Made by a program: the position numbers and the translations under genes
Part shown: piece by piece, positions 31,513-32,000 of the stretch
Numbering within the stretch: position 1 is the stretch's first letter
How the letters are laid out: each line of letters starts with the position of its first letter
Notes under the pieces: model-generated
Told to the model about the DNA's origin: nothing
The model's database searches: none
Seen by the model: only the letters and a program-made list of their open reading frames with translations
Source: Candidatus Saccharimonadota bacterium
GTDB lineage: Bacteria > Patescibacteriota > Gracilibacteria > BD1-5 > UBA6164
Length of the DNA: 32,000 bases
Direction of reading: 5' to 3'
Assembly: GCA_004563595.2 (NCBI GenBank)
Contig: CP042461.1
Location: forward strand, 1,311,104 to 1,343,103

Positions 31513-31761
31513 TTATAAATTATTAATTAAAAATGAAAACGAATTTAATTCTTTTTGTTTCTCTACAGCTTCTTTTTTTCTCATTCAAGCAATTTCAGAA
31601 AAATTATTTTTATTTATATCATCTAATTCTTTTATTTCAATTTCCTTTGTAAATTCACTTAAAGAGATATAAAGCCTATCTAATCAATCTTTATTTAAAA
31701 TACTTAAAGCTTCTAAATAAAGATCTTTTTGTACATCGTGAATTTGCAAAGAAAGAATCAT
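31513..31761 (-). CDS. Small hypothetical helical protein (82 aa)
   Basis: ATG 31759-31761, frame open through two TGA codons to the TAA at 31513-31515: MILSLQIHDVQKDLYLEALSILNKDGLDRLYISLSEF... Its stop lies 4 nt before the next ATG. Confidence 0.5.
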
Positions 31762-32000
31762 AACACTAATTATTTTTTTTCTTTTACTAATATCCTTTTG
31801 TTTTTTCAGAAAATCAAAAATCATATATTTCTTTGTTAAATGGTATCATATGATATTTTAGCATATTTTTTTATATACTCCAAATTTTATGTTTATTATT
31901 TTTTCACATATGTGAGTCTCTTTATTATTTAATTATATAATATAGATATATTATTATTATTAATAGCAATTGTTAAATAGTAAAATTATGCTCTGTAGCC

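Noticed and set aside
31844-31855. 12-bp perfect palindrome TATCATATGATA (with CACATATGTG at about 31907-31916) upstream of the last operon, considered as a possible operator.
   Set aside because: Short AT-only palindromes are expected by chance in sequence this AT-rich. There is no second copy and no adjacent regulator gene in the window.
1-32000. Apparent massive pseudogenisation: dozens of short ORFs, with only one ORF longer than 160 aa in the six-frame track.
   Set aside because: This is an artefact of translating with TGA as stop. With TGA = Gly the fragments join in frame into full-length conserved proteins. I checked each call for in-frame TAA/TAG, and only pilB and the 29847-31238 frame show real interruptions.
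1-32000. Genetic code 4 (TGA = Trp, Mycoplasma/Spiroplasma type), a natural guess for an AT-rich genome.
   Set aside because: TGA aligns to invariant Gly in the Walker A motifs of Mfd, UvrA and PilB, in the cyclophilin GTGxGG motif, in MurB GGGTNLL and in TsaB GPGSFTG. Trp at these positions would destroy the motifs. Trp is supplied by TGG.

Overview
This is a strongly AT-rich bacterial window that only reads sensibly under genetic code 25 (TGA = Gly, as in Gracilibacteria/BD1-5 and Absconditabacteria/SR1). The standard-code ORF track is shattered, yet TGA falls on invariant glycines: Mfd GDVGFGKTE, UvrA GLSGSGKSS, PilB GPTGSGKST, MurB GGGTNLL and cyclophilin GTGQGGKSIYG. Trp is still TGG, which rules out code 4. 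I re-translated with TGA = Gly and checked each call for in-frame TAA/TAG. That gives about 28 tightly packed genes:
- divergent tsaB (partial) and mfd
- a cyclophilin-FKBP fusion lipoprotein
- a secreted hypothetical protein
- an orphan RAYT-type HUH transposase
- an LRR lipoprotein
- a GT4 glycosyltransferase, a 1304-aa SLH-domain S-layer-like protein and a 444-aa secreted protein that shares the S-layer protein's C-terminal domain
- a type IV pilus/competence-pilus block: two bitopic membrane proteins, pilB and pilC
- dinG (exonuclease-helicase), an RsuA/RluB-family pseudouridine synthase, murB, uvrA, comFC and pepA
- a terminal group of uncharacterised membrane and small proteins

No rRNA, tRNA or CRISPR array was recognised.

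Points worth a second look:
- the recoding itself
- near-total avoidance of TGA-Gly in the S-layer gene
- a shared C-terminal NMxDELDxGxxSY-COOH tail on two adjacent surface proteins
- a +1 frameshift in pilB at an A6 tract
- a 463-codon frame broken by a single in-frame TAA
- three copies of a GC-rich 41-bp palindromic element set directly after stop codons, near the RAYT gene
- a GC-rich structured roughly 290-nt leader upstream of the GT4/S-layer genes
- general absence of Shine-Dalgarno motifs
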